A stretch of 64,000 bases of DNA from NCBI RefSeq assembly GCF_053078305.1, contig NZ_CP166879.1; one strand, written 5' to 3'. The translations under genes and the position numbers were made by a program. Positions 21,110-33,280 of the stretch are shown piece after piece. Under the pieces are notes generated by a model, which was not told the DNA's origin, searched no databases, and worked only from the letters and a program-made list of their open reading frames with translations. Each line of letters begins with the position of its first letter. Within the stretch, counting starts at the first letter, position 1.

Positions 21110-22110
21110 ACCGCCTCCCGTTGTTGACGATATTTCGCCAGCGCTGTGGCATAGCGGTTGAAATCAAGCTGATTTACTGCATCCAGTTCCGCCTTTAACG
21201 CAGGATCGATAGCGTTAACGCCATGCAACGCGCCGCAAATTGCCGTCGCCATAGCTCCTATGGTGTCTGTGTCGCCGCCAAGGTTAGCGCACAGGACGGC
21301 GCAGCGATTCGGGTCGGTTTGTGCCAGTTCAACCAGCGCAATGGCGCACGGAACGGACTCAATAGTGCTGGTACCTGCGCCAACGACCTGGTAAAGCTGT
21401 TCGCAGGCGGATTCGGTGCCGTCGGCATTGCGCACAATTTTCAGCGCAATCTCCAGACGTGCTGCCAGTGAGGCGCTGAAGGTAGTGATGCGTTTTTGCT
21501 GTGCATGTCGCGCAATTGAAGGCAGTGAATCAACAATCGCTGACCAGCTTTCTCCGTCAATGGCACGAGAAATCGCCCATGCGATGACAACCGCGCCTGC
21601 AACCGCCAGATCGGATTTATGGGTCGGGCTGGACGCCAGCGCCACATCATCAATAAAGGAATCAACATCGTGCGCCGGAAGCAAACAACCTAATGGCGAG
21701 ACGCGCATCGCTGCGCCGTTGGTCACGCCGTTGTTTTCCAGTTCAGCAACGGGTTTACCGTCGCGAATGGCGTTGAGAGCAATCTTCGAGGTCGGACCTA
21801 GTACGTTTTTGTTAAAGGCGTCGAAACGCAGCGCCCAGTCGAGAATATTACGCCCAATCAGATTCGGGTCGATCTTGCCTTCACGTTCCAGTAACGCATC
21901 CGCCAGACACAGCGCCATCGAGGTATCGTCGGTGAATTCGGCGCGGTTAAAATAACAGGCCGCGTTATTCTCCTTTGGTCCAGGCAGAAAACGGTCAATC
22001 CAGCCAAAGTGTGCTTTAACGCGGCTGCGTGGCCAAAGCTCGGAGGGCATCCCCATCGCATCCCCTAACGCCTGCCCATAAAGAGCACCGAGAATACGTT
22101 CTGTTTTCAT
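21106..22110 (-). CDS. yegU: ADP-ribosylglycohydrolase-family protein
   Basis: 334 aa; overlaps yegV and yegT in an operon-like arrangement. Confidence 0.8.
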   Translation of the reverse strand: MKTERILGALYGQALGDAMGMPSELWPRSRVKAHFGWIDRFLPGPKENNAACYFNRAEFTDDTSMALCLADALLEREGKIDPNLIGRNILDWALRFDAFNKNVLGPTSKIALNAIRDGKPVAELENNGVTNGAAMRVSPLGCLLPAHDVDSFIDDVALASSPTHKSDLAVAGAVVIAWAISRAIDGESWSAIVDSLPSIARHAQQKRITTFSASLAARLEIALKIVRNADGTESACEQLYQVVGAGTSTIESVPCAIALVELAQTDPNRCAVLCANLGGDTDTIGAMATAICGALHGVNAIDPALKAELDAVNQLDFNRYATALAKYRQQREAV

Positions 22111-23384
22111 TTAACTTCCCCTTGTGTCAACGCAATATTGCGATCATCGACCTTGATAGCCGTAATTTCGTTGTCGGATTCGCGGAAAAAAATCATGAAC
22201 AGCACGGCGATAATGGCAATCATCACCGCGCCAAAAGTCCACATCCCGGACCAGTTGAAAGTCAGTCCGTTTACCGGTTCCTGATAAGCGAACATCTTTT
22301 CCATCATCACACCGCCAAGACGATAGCCGAGCAAACTGCCGAAGCCCTGGCAGCAGAGCGTGATCAGCCCCTGCGCGGCGGTACGCATATGCACGGGGGC
22401 TTTTTTATCGACATAGATGTAAGCGGTAACGTAGTAAAAATCGTAACTTACGCCGTGAAGCAAAATACCGAGGAACAGTAACGCGTAGGTGAAATATTCA
22501 TCCGCACTACCGTAAATAAAGAAGCCATAGCGGATCGCAGCAGTGATCAGACCAAGCAATAATACCTTTTTGATACCAAAGCGTTTAGTGAAAAACGGCA
22601 ATGCCAGCATAAAGAAGATTTCAGAGAACTGGCCGAGCGTCATCCAGCCGGTGGCGTTTTTCATGCCAACTTCGGTCAGATAACCGTTGGCAAAGATGTA
22701 ATAGAACGCCAGTGGCATCGCAAACAGGAATGAACAGAAGAAAAAGACGAGGAAGTTTTTATCGCGCAGCAGGATCAGCGCATCCAGGCCGAGCATGACT
22801 TTAATGTCCATTTTGCCGGTGCTTTTTGGTGGCGTGTCGGGCAGGAAAAACGCAAACACACCGAGCAGAGCAGAACTTCCGGCGGTAATCAGCAGCGGGA
22901 TGTTAGTCGGTGAGATATCGGCATACCCCAGCATTTGCGGCAAGAAACCACATGCCAGACCGGAGGCAATCCAGCCGATAGTGCCCATCACACGAATGCG
23001 CGGGAAATCACGCTCCACATCCGGCACGTTGGCAAAAGCGATACTGTTAGTCAGCGCAATGGTCGGCATATAGGTTAGCGAGTAGGCCAGCAGTAACGGG
23101 AAGAACCCGGCAAAAGTGGTCTGTTGCGCAGCGAAATACATCAGCAGCGCGCCTGCGAACATCAATACCGCCAGCACTTTTTGCGCCGAGAAAAAGCGGT
23201 CAGTGATGGAGCCAACCAGAATTGGCGACAGGATCGCCGCAATGGCTGTGCAGGCATACGACCAGCCAATTTCTCCGGCACTAAAACCGCTTTTACTTAA
23301 CCACAACCACAATGGCACAAACCACGCGCCCCAGATAAACCATTCAACAAACATCATGAACGACAGCTTTGCTGTTGTTTTCAT
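22107..23384 (-). CDS. yegT: MFS nucleoside transporter-like permease
   Basis: 425-aa polytopic membrane protein. Confidence 0.85.
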   Translation of the reverse strand: MKTTAKLSFMMFVEWFIWGAWFVPLWLWLSKSGFSAGEIGWSYACTAIAAILSPILVGSITDRFFSAQKVLAVLMFAGALLMYFAAQQTTFAGFFPLLLAYSLTYMPTIALTNSIAFANVPDVERDFPRIRVMGTIGWIASGLACGFLPQMLGYADISPTNIPLLITAGSSALLGVFAFFLPDTPPKSTGKMDIKVMLGLDALILLRDKNFLVFFFCSFLFAMPLAFYYIFANGYLTEVGMKNATGWMTLGQFSEIFFMLALPFFTKRFGIKKVLLLGLITAAIRYGFFIYGSADEYFTYALLFLGILLHGVSYDFYYVTAYIYVDKKAPVHMRTAAQGLITLCCQGFGSLLGYRLGGVMMEKMFAYQEPVNGLTFNWSGMWTFGAVMIAIIAVLFMIFFRESDNEITAIKVDDRNIALTQGEVK

Positions 23385-23640
23385 CTTTTAATTCCTTCAT
23401 GACAGGTAATGTAAGGTACGCGATGACAATACCACTTAATAATACCTTTTAAATACCTTCGCGGTGAAAACTTGACCGCGCTAACATTTTTTCTGATGAA
23501 TCGAGCCAACAGAAAACGCTGAAAAAACATCCAAAAGATGGAAAAACTCGCCCGTAACGACCAGGATTATGATTGCCCGCAAAAGGCGGGCCAGGACAAT
23601 CCATAGCCGATATCCAATCGGAATTTACGGGAGCATAGTA

Positions 23641-24693
23641 ATGACAGATATTGCGCAGTTGCTTGGCAAAGACGCCGACAACCTTTTACAGCACCGTTGT
23701 ATGACTATTCCTTCTGACCAGCTTTATCTCCCCGGACATGACTACGTAGACCGCGTGATGATTGACAATAATCGCCCGCCAGCGGTGTTACGTAATATGC
23801 AGACGTTGTACAACACCGGGCGTCTGGCTGGCACAGGATATCTTTCTATTCTGCCCGTTGACCAGGGCGTTGAGCACTCTGCCGGAGCTTCATTTGCTGC
23901 TAACCCGCTCTACTTTGACCCGAAAAACATTGTTGAACTGGCGATCGAAGCGGGCTGTAACTGTGTGGCGTCAACTTACGGCGTGTTGGCGTCGGTATCG
24001 CGGCGTTACGCGCATCGCATTCCATTTCTCGTCAAACTTAATCACAACGAGACGCTAAGTTACCCGAATACCTACGATCAAACGCTGTATGCCAGCGTGG
24101 AGCAGGCGTTCAACATGGGTGCGGTGGCGGTTGGTGCGACTATCTATTTTGGCTCGGAAGAGTCACGTCGCCAGATTGAAGAAATTTCTGCGGCTTTTGA
24201 ACGTGCGCACGAGCTGGGCATGGTGACAGTGCTGTGGGCCTATTTGCGTAACTCCGCCTTTAAGAAAGATGGCGTTGATTACCATGTCTCCGCCGACCTG
24301 ACTGGTCAGGCGAACCATCTGGCGGCAACCATAGGTGCAGATATCGTCAAACAAAAAATGGCGGAAAATAACGGCGGCTATAAAGCAATTAATTACGGTT
24401 ATACCGACGATCGCGTGTACAGCAAGTTAACCAGCGAAAACCCGATTGATCTGGTGCGTTATCAGTTAGCTAACTGCTATATGGGCCGGGCCGGGTTGAT
24501 AAACTCCGGCGGTGCTGCAGGCGGTGAAACTGACCTCAGCGATGCAGTGCGTACTGCGGTTATCAACAAACGCGCTGGCGGAATGGGGCTGATTCTTGGA
24601 CGTAAGGCGTTCAAGAAATCGATGGCTGAAGGCGTGAAACTGATTAACGCCGTGCAGGACGTTTATCTCGATAGCAAAATTACTATTGCCTGA
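23641..24693 (+). CDS. fbaB: Fructose-bisphosphate aldolase class I
   Basis: Start taken at [18 protein letters not shown], 24 codons inside the track ORF. Confidence 0.9.
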   Translation: MTDIAQLLGKDADNLLQHRCMTIPSDQLYLPGHDYVDRVMIDNNRPPAVLRNMQTLYNTGRLAGTGYLSILPVDQGVEHSAGASFAANPLYFDPKNIVELAIEAGCNCVASTYGVLASVSRRYAHRIPFLVKLNHNETLSYPNTYDQTLYASVEQAFNMGAVAVGATIYFGSEESRRQIEEISAAFERAHELGMVTVLWAYLRNSAFKKDGVDYHVSADLTGQANHLAATIGADIVKQKMAENNGGYKAINYGYTDDRVYSKLTSENPIDLVRYQLANCYMGRAGLINSGGAAGGETDLSDAVRTAVINKRAGGMGLILGRKAFKKSMAEGVKLINAVQDVYLDSKITIA

Positions 24694-24845
24694 TACGCCT
24701 CATACGAACAGCACCACCCCGTAGGACGGATAAGGCGTTTACACTGCATCCGGCAACCTATGCCTGATGCGACGCGGAAGCGTCTTATCATGCCTACGCA
24801 GCGCTGCCACATATGTTTACGCCGCATCCGGCATAAAAACACGCA
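24690..24845. repeat. Cluster of REP (BIME-like) extragenic palindromes
   Basis: Repeated gcctgatgcgacgc / gcatccggca-type palindromic units between fbaB and gatY. Confidence 0.6.
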
Positions 24846-24944
24846 CACTTCGTTACGGCTTCCCCTGGGAGGCCGTTTTTTTTGCCTGTCATTCTGGTTT
24901 AATTTTCATATTGTCGTTTTTGTGATCGTTATCTCGACATTTAA

Positions 24945-27144
<2,200 letters not shown>

Positions 27145-27153
27145 GGACGGTAT

Positions 27154-27606
27154 ATGACTAACCTGTTTGTTCGTAGCGGAATTTCTTTTGTCGATCGTAG
27201 CGAAGTTTTAACCCATATCGGTAATGAGATGCTCGCGAAAGGTGTGGTTCATGATACCTGGCCACAGGCATTAATTGCAAGAGAAGCAGAATTCCCTACT
27301 GGGATAATGCTTGAGCAGCACGCCATTGCAATACCGCATTGTGAGGCGATTCATGCTAAGTCGTCAGCCATTTATCTGTTAAGGCCAACAAATAAAGTTC
27401 ATTTTCAGCAAGCGGATGATGATAATGACGTGGCGGTATCGTTGGTTATTGCGTTGATTGTGGAAAATCCGCAGCAGCAATTGAAACTTTTACGCTGTTT
27501 ATTTGGCAAGTTACAACAGCCCGATATCGTTGAGACACTAATCACTCTTCCTGAAACTCAGTTAAAGGAATACTTCACAAAGTATGTTTTAGATTCAGAC
27601 GAATAA
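27154..27606 (+). CDS. gatA: Galactitol PTS enzyme IIA
   Basis: 150 aa. Confidence 0.93.
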   Translation: MTNLFVRSGISFVDRSEVLTHIGNEMLAKGVVHDTWPQALIAREAEFPTGIMLEQHAIAIPHCEAIHAKSSAIYLLRPTNKVHFQQADDDNDVAVSLVIALIVENPQQQLKLLRCLFGKLQQPDIVETLITLPETQLKEYFTKYVLDSDE

Positions 27607-27636
27607 ATCCCTCTGTAACAATAAAAAGGACTATTT

Positions 27637-27921
27637 ATGAAACGCAAAATTATTGTCGCTTGCGGAGGCGCGGTTGCGACCTCTACGATGGCGGCGGAAG
27701 AAATTAAAGAGTTGTGTCAGAGTCATAATATTCCTGTTGAATTAATCCAGTGTCGGGTTAATGAAATAGAAACCTATATGGATGGCGTGCATTTGATATG
27801 CACCACTGCCAAAGTGGATCGTAGTTTTGGCGATATTCCATTAGTTCACGGCATGCCTTTTGTTTCTGGTGTCGGTATCGAAGCATTACAAAATAAAATT
27901 CTGACTATCTTACAGGGGTGA
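27637..27921 (+). CDS. gatB: Galactitol PTS enzyme IIB
   Basis: 94 aa; N-terminal cysteine ([11 protein letters not shown]). Confidence 0.93.
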   Translation: MKRKIIVACGGAVATSTMAAEEIKELCQSHNIPVELIQCRVNEIETYMDGVHLICTTAKVDRSFGDIPLVHGMPFVSGVGIEALQNKILTILQG

Positions 27922-27924
27922 CCT

Positions 27925-29280
27925 ATGTTTTCAGAAGTCATGCGTTATATTCTCGATCTCGGCCCTACGGTGATGTTGCCGATTGTCATCATTATTTTTT
28001 CTAAAATTTTAGGCATGAAGGCAGGCGATTGCTTTAAAGCGGGTCTGCATATCGGGATTGGCTTTGTTGGCATTGGCCTTGTGATTGGCTTAATGCTGGA
28101 TTCCATTGGCCCGGCGGCGAAAGCGATGGCGGAAAATTTCGACCTGAATCTGCATGTGGTCGATGTCGGCTGGCCGGGCTCTTCACCAATGACCTGGGCG
28201 TCGCAAATTGCGCTGGTGGCGATTCCGATTGCGATTCTGGTTAACGTGGCGATGTTACTGACCCGTATGACGCGGGTGGTAAATGTTGATATCTGGAATA
28301 TCTGGCATATGACCTTCACCGGCGCGTTGCTGCATCTGGCAACCGGTTCATGGATGATAGGGATGGCGGGAGTGGTAATTCACGCGGCGTTTGTTTATAA
28401 GCTCGGCGACTGGTTTGCCCGCGATACCCGAAATTTCTTTGAGCTGGAAGGCATTGCTATTCCGCACGGTACGTCGGCGTATATGGGGCCGATTGCGGTG
28501 CTGGTCGATGCCATTATCGAGAAAATCCCAGGCGTAAACCGTATTAAATTTAGCGCCGACGATATTCAGCGCAAATTTGGCCCGTTTGGCGAGCCTGTCA
28601 CCGTGGGTTTTGTGATGGGGCTGATTATCGGCATCCTCGCGGATTACGATGTCAAAGGTGTATTGCAGCTGGCGGTAAAAACGGCGGCAGTTATGCTGCT
28701 GATGCCACGGGTGATTAAACCCATCATGGATGGTTTAACGCCCATCGCTAAGCAGGCCCGTAGTCGTTTACAGGCGAAGTTCGGCGGTCAGGAGTTCCTG
28801 ATTGGCCTGGATCCCGCATTACTGCTGGGGCATACGGCGGTGGTATCGGCAAGCCTGATTTTTATTCCACTCACCATTTTAATTGCTGTTTGTGTGCCGG
28901 GTAATCAGGTGCTGCCGTTTGGCGATCTTGCCACTATCGGCTTCTTCGTGGCGATGGCGGTCGCGGTGCATCGTGGAAATCTGTTCCGCACCTTAATCTC
29001 GGGTGTCATCATTATGAGCATCACCCTGTGGATCGCGACGCAAACTATTGGTTTGCACACCCAACTGGCGGCTAATGCTGGGGCGTTAAAAGCCGGGGGT
29101 ATGGTGGCTTCAATGGATCAGGGCGGTTCTCCCATTACCTGGTTACTGATTCAGGTTTTCTCCCCGCAAAATATTCCCGGTTTCATTATTATCGGCGCAA
29201 TTTATCTTACCGGTATTTTCATGACCTGGCGTAGAGCGCGTGGCTTTATTAAACAAGAGAAAGTCGTTCTCGCAGAATAA
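27925..29280 (+). CDS. gatC: Galactitol PTS enzyme IIC
   Basis: 451-aa membrane protein. Confidence 0.93.
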   Translation: MFSEVMRYILDLGPTVMLPIVIIIFSKILGMKAGDCFKAGLHIGIGFVGIGLVIGLMLDSIGPAAKAMAENFDLNLHVVDVGWPGSSPMTWASQIALVAIPIAILVNVAMLLTRMTRVVNVDIWNIWHMTFTGALLHLATGSWMIGMAGVVIHAAFVYKLGDWFARDTRNFFELEGIAIPHGTSAYMGPIAVLVDAIIEKIPGVNRIKFSADDIQRKFGPFGEPVTVGFVMGLIIGILADYDVKGVLQLAVKTAAVMLLMPRVIKPIMDGLTPIAKQARSRLQAKFGGQEFLIGLDPALLLGHTAVVSASLIFIPLTILIAVCVPGNQVLPFGDLATIGFFVAMAVAVHRGNLFRTLISGVIIMSITLWIATQTIGLHTQLAANAGALKAGGMVASMDQGGSPITWLLIQVFSPQNIPGFIIIGAIYLTGIFMTWRRARGFIKQEKVVLAE

Positions 29281-29327
29281 TTTTTACCTGAGGGGGAGGT
29301 TATCCCCCTTAACAATCAGGAGTTTTT

Positions 29328-30368
29328 ATGAAATCAGTGGTGAATGATACTGATGGTATCGTGCGCGTTGCAGAAAGCGTCATTCCTGAAATTAAACATC
29401 AGGATGAGGTGCGGGTAAAAATTGCCAGCTCGGGCTTATGTGGTTCCGATTTACCCAGGATATTTAAAAATGGTGCACATTATTATCCAATAACGTTAGG
29501 CCATGAATTTAGCGGCTATATTGATGCGGTGGGATCCGGTGTTGATGATTTACATCCTGGCGATGCGGTTGCCTGTGTGCCGTTATTACCCTGTTTTACT
29601 TGTCCAGAGTGTCTGAAAGGGTTTTATTCCCAGTGCGCAAAATATGATTTTATTGGCTCACGGCGTGATGGTGGATTTGCCGAATATATTGTCGTTAAGC
29701 GGAAAAATGTCTTTGCTCTACCCACGGATATGCCTATTGAGGATGGGGCTTTTATTGAACCGATTACCGTTGGCCTGCATGCTTTTCATTTAGCGCAAGG
29801 TTGTGAGAATAAAAACGTTATTATTATTGGTGCCGGAACCATTGGCCTGCTGGCTATTCAGTGCGCTGTCGCGCTGGGAGCAAAGAGTGTGACGGCGATC
29901 GACATTAGCTCAGAAAAACTGGCACTGGCAAAATCTTTCGGTGCGATGCAAACATTTAACAGTAGCGAAATGAGCGCGCCGCAAATGCAGGGCGTTTTAC
30001 GCGAGCTGCGCTTTAATCAGCTTATCCTCGAGACGGCTGGCGTACCGCAAACTGTGGAACTGGCGGTAGAGATTGCCGGTCCTCATGCCCAACTGGCGCT
30101 GGTGGGCACGTTGCATCAGGATCTGCATTTAACATCGGCAACGTTTGGCAAAATATTGCGTAAAGAGCTGACGGTTATCGGCAGTTGGATGAACTACTCC
30201 AGCCCTTGGCCGGGGCAGGAGTGGGAAACGGCGAGCCGGTTGCTGACAGAACGTAAGTTAAGCCTGGAGCCATTAATCGCTCACCGTGGAAGCTTTGAAA
30301 GCTTCGCCCAGGCGGTGCGTGACATAGCTCGTAATGCTATGCCGGGCAAAGTGTTGCTCATTCCCTGA
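29328..30368 (+). CDS. gatD: Galactitol-1-phosphate 5-dehydrogenase (Zn-dependent)
   Basis: 346 aa with a Zn-ADH-like motif (GHEFSGYI) and a GxGxxG Rossmann signature. Confidence 0.93.
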   Translation: MKSVVNDTDGIVRVAESVIPEIKHQDEVRVKIASSGLCGSDLPRIFKNGAHYYPITLGHEFSGYIDAVGSGVDDLHPGDAVACVPLLPCFTCPECLKGFYSQCAKYDFIGSRRDGGFAEYIVVKRKNVFALPTDMPIEDGAFIEPITVGLHAFHLAQGCENKNVIIIGAGTIGLLAIQCAVALGAKSVTAIDISSEKLALAKSFGAMQTFNSSEMSAPQMQGVLRELRFNQLILETAGVPQTVELAVEIAGPHAQLALVGTLHQDLHLTSATFGKILRKELTVIGSWMNYSSPWPGQEWETASRLLTERKLSLEPLIAHRGSFESFAQAVRDIARNAMPGKVLLIP

Positions 30369-30467
30369 AACCGCGGGCCAGCGTGATGCTGGCCCGGTAT
30401 TGTGCAAAACAGATCATTCACCAATGGTCCCCCTTCGTTTACACTAGCCACAATTGAATATGGGTAA

Positions 30468-31247
30468 ATGACGATGAATTCATTCGAGCGAAGGAATAAG
30501 ATCATCCAATTAGTGAATGAACAGGGAACCGTGCTTGTTCAGGATCTGGCGGGAGTATTTGCTGCCTCGGAAGCGACAATCCGTGCCGATTTGCGCTTTC
30601 TCGAACAAAAAGGCGTGGTTACGCGCTTTCATGGCGGTGCGGCGAAAATAATGTCCGGTAATAGTGAAACCGAGACCCAGGAAGTCGGGTTTAAAGAGCG
30701 ATTTCAGCTCGCCAGCGCGCCAAAAAACAGAATAGCGCAGGCGGCAGTCAAAATGATCCACGAAGGGATGACCGTTATTCTCGACAGCGGAAGTACGACA
30801 ATGCTTATCGCCGAAGGATTAATGACCGCCAAAAATATCACGGTGATTACCAACAGTCTCCCGGCAGCGTTTGCCCTTTCCGAAAATAAAGATATTACTC
30901 TGGTCGTCTGTGGTGGCACCGTCCGCCATAAAACGCGCTCGATGCATGGTTTCATTGCCGAGCGTTCATTGCAGGATATTAATGCCGATTTAATGTTTGT
31001 CGGTGCTGATGGTATTGATGCGGTTAATGGTATTACGACCTTTAATGAAGGTTATTCGATTAGCGGGGCGATGGTCACCGCCGCTAATAAAGTGATTGCC
31101 GTTCTCGATTCATCGAAATTTAACCGTCGCGGTTTTAATCAGGTACTGCCAATCGAAAAAATTGACATTATTATTACCGATGATGCTGTGTCAGAGGTGG
31201 ATAAACTGGCATTGCAGAAGACACGGGTAAAATTAATTACGGTGTAG
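30468..31247 (+). CDS. gatR: DeoR-family repressor of the gat operon, intact
   Basis: Continuous 259-aa ORF. I recall this gene being interrupted by an IS element in K-12; it is uninterrupted here. Confidence 0.88.
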   Translation: MTMNSFERRNKIIQLVNEQGTVLVQDLAGVFAASEATIRADLRFLEQKGVVTRFHGGAAKIMSGNSETETQEVGFKERFQLASAPKNRIAQAAVKMIHEGMTVILDSGSTTMLIAEGLMTAKNITVITNSLPAAFALSENKDITLVVCGGTVRHKTRSMHGFIAERSLQDINADLMFVGADGIDAVNGITTFNEGYSISGAMVTAANKVIAVLDSSKFNRRGFNQVLPIEKIDIIITDDAVSEVDKLALQKTRVKLITV

Positions 31248-31254
31248 TATTGTT

Positions 31255-31295
31255 CTGTATGCCGGATAAGGTGTTTACACCGCATCCGGCATTAC
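31255..31295. repeat. REP element
   Basis: gccggataaggtgtttacaccgcatccggc palindromic unit. Confidence 0.5.
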
Positions 31296-31328
31296 GGATT
31301 CTCCCTGGTTCAAGAGAGAATAGTTTGA

Positions 31329-32228
31329 TTAACGCAATAATGGACAATCTGGTGGTAATCGACAACGCAACGCCGCCGGAAGTATTTCAATATGGAAGTT
31401 TTGCCCACTCAACGGTTCGCCATCAAGATTAAAAGTGATTTCGTGTGGGGCTTGTATATCAAACCACGACGAAGCGCCTTCGATAATATTCGGGTTATCT
31501 TCGTCAGATTTTAAGGTTGATACGAGAGCCGGAAGAATTTCATCGCCGGTAAAAATGCGCAGTTGCAGCAAGCCATCGTTAATTAACGCGTTCGGGCACA
31601 ATTGTTGACCGCCACCGGCCTGACGCCCGTTACCAATACCAATGACCAGGGCGTCACCTTGCCAGTGAAAGTTTTCACCGCGGATTTCACAACGGTCCGG
31701 TTGCAGAGTATCCATGCGCATTAAGCCATGAATGATGTAAGAGACGCCACCCAGCGCGGCTTTTAATTTTTCCGGCGTTTCTGTGGTAATACGCGTCCCA
31801 AATCCGCCTGTCGCCATATTAATAAAACAGGTTTGTTTGTTGACCTGCGCCATATCTATCGCAATGGCGTTACCGGCAATTGCCAGTTTCAGCGCCTTAT
31901 CCAGTGCCTCAGGAATCCCTACACTGGTGGCAAAATCATTGGCGGTTCCTAATGGCAAAATTCCCAGCGCGGGTATGTCATCCCCCTCACACTGAATCAA
32001 CGCCGTAGAAACTTCATTAATGGTGCCATCGCCACCACCGGCAATCACCGTTGCGACGCCCAACTTCCGGGCCTCCTCTACATATCGTGCGGCATCGCCT
32101 TTCTCCCAGGTGACCCGCACATGGATCGTCATTCCTTCCTCACGCAACAGCATAATTGCTTCGCGCAATGGTAAATTGTCAGTACTTTTGCCATTAAGAA
32201 TCAGTAAGCTGGCGGGAAATTCTGCCAT
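31329..32228 (-). CDS. yegS: Lipid kinase (DAG-kinase-like catalytic domain)
   Basis: 299 aa containing a GGDGT motif. Confidence 0.9.
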   Translation of the reverse strand: MAEFPASLLILNGKSTDNLPLREAIMLLREEGMTIHVRVTWEKGDAARYVEEARKLGVATVIAGGGDGTINEVSTALIQCEGDDIPALGILPLGTANDFATSVGIPEALDKALKLAIAGNAIAIDMAQVNKQTCFINMATGGFGTRITTETPEKLKAALGGVSYIIHGLMRMDTLQPDRCEIRGENFHWQGDALVIGIGNGRQAGGGQQLCPNALINDGLLQLRIFTGDEILPALVSTLKSDEDNPNIIEGASSWFDIQAPHEITFNLDGEPLSGQNFHIEILPAALRCRLPPDCPLLR

Positions 32229-32633
32229 GATCGTATGTGCCTTTATGATTGGTCTGTAGATAGTGTAGAGCAGAAAAGAAAAGGTGGAGTCAGAACAGGA
32301 TGAAAGTCGGAGGATAAATAGTCAGTTCAAGTATGGAGGATTCAGTGGTTACCACCAGGAGCTTGCAATGGGGACAGCGAATACTAACGGCAGCCACCGA
32401 TAAATTTCAAAAAAGAGCATATACCTAATATTCAACTAAACAGTGGCATCTTCAATATAATATATTAAAGCCTCCATGGAGTTACCCGGAAGGGCCTCCA
32501 TGTCCGTAATTCCTACTTATGTAGGAAATGTTGTACAGAACATTTATTATAATCCTATTCAATTATAATAATCATGCCATTATTATATTTAAACACTAGA
32601 GAGTGTCGTTGGTATTTAATGGGGGAAGGTGAG

Positions 32634-32951
32634 GTGAACAAGATAGCTGCTATATCATTAATTAGTGTTTTTCTTATGTCTGGTTGTGCTGTGCATAATG
32701 ATGAGACAAGTATCGGTAAATTTGGCCTTGCATATAAAAGTAATATTCAGCGTAAACTCGATAACCAATACTACACCGAAGCCGAAGCTTCTTTAGCCAG
32801 GGGCAGAATATCTGGTGCAGAAAATATAGTAAAAAATGATGCAGCCCATTTCTGTGTTACTCAGGGCAAAAAAATGCAGATAGTTGACCTGAAGACAGAA
32901 GGTGCAGGATTACATGGCGTCGCTCGTCTGACATTCAAATGTGGAGAGTGA
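32634..32951 (+). CDS. yegR: Small lipoprotein
   Basis: Start taken at the GTG giving MNKIAAISLISVFLMSGCAV (lipobox LMSGC), inside a longer track ORF. Confidence 0.65.
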   Translation: MNKIAAISLISVFLMSGCAVHNDETSIGKFGLAYKSNIQRKLDNQYYTEAEASLARGRISGAENIVKNDAAHFCVTQGKKMQIVDLKTEGAGLHGVARLTFKCGE

Positions 32952-33109
32952 GAATATTTTTTGGTAAGCGTCAAACATGCGCGTTCTGGTTGTGCTTAGC
33001 CGGAACCTGTGCGAGCACGATGCCAATAAGTGAAAGGCATCGTGCTATGAAGGGAAATTCTATCGATGTGGTCAATGGAAGATGGTTACCAGAGATAGGG
33101 CTTATGCAT

Positions 33110-33196
33110 AAAAAATAAGCCCGTGTAAGGGAGATTACACAGGCTAAGGAGGTGGTTCCTGGTACAGCTAGCATTTTATGGGTTATGTTTTTCAGC
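33110..33196 (-). ncRNA. cyaR: CyaR (RyeE) Hfq-dependent small RNA
   Basis: The minus strand reads gctgaaaaacataacccataaaatgctagctgtaccaggaaccacctccttagcctgtgtaatctcccttacacgggcttatttttt, which matches the CyaR sequence as I remember it, including its terminator hairpin and U-tail. Confidence 0.85.
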
Positions 33197-33280
33197 GAAA
33201 CGGATGATAACCTTAATAAATGCAGCTGTATGTGATCGGTTTCTAAGAATTTTCCATCCGGGAAAAATAATCGAAATTAA

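Noticed and set aside
24690-24900. Possible small mobile element or IS remnant between fbaB and gatY
   Set aside because: Sequence is a cluster of REP/BIME palindromes with a terminator-like hairpin; no transposase ORF or terminal inverted repeats.
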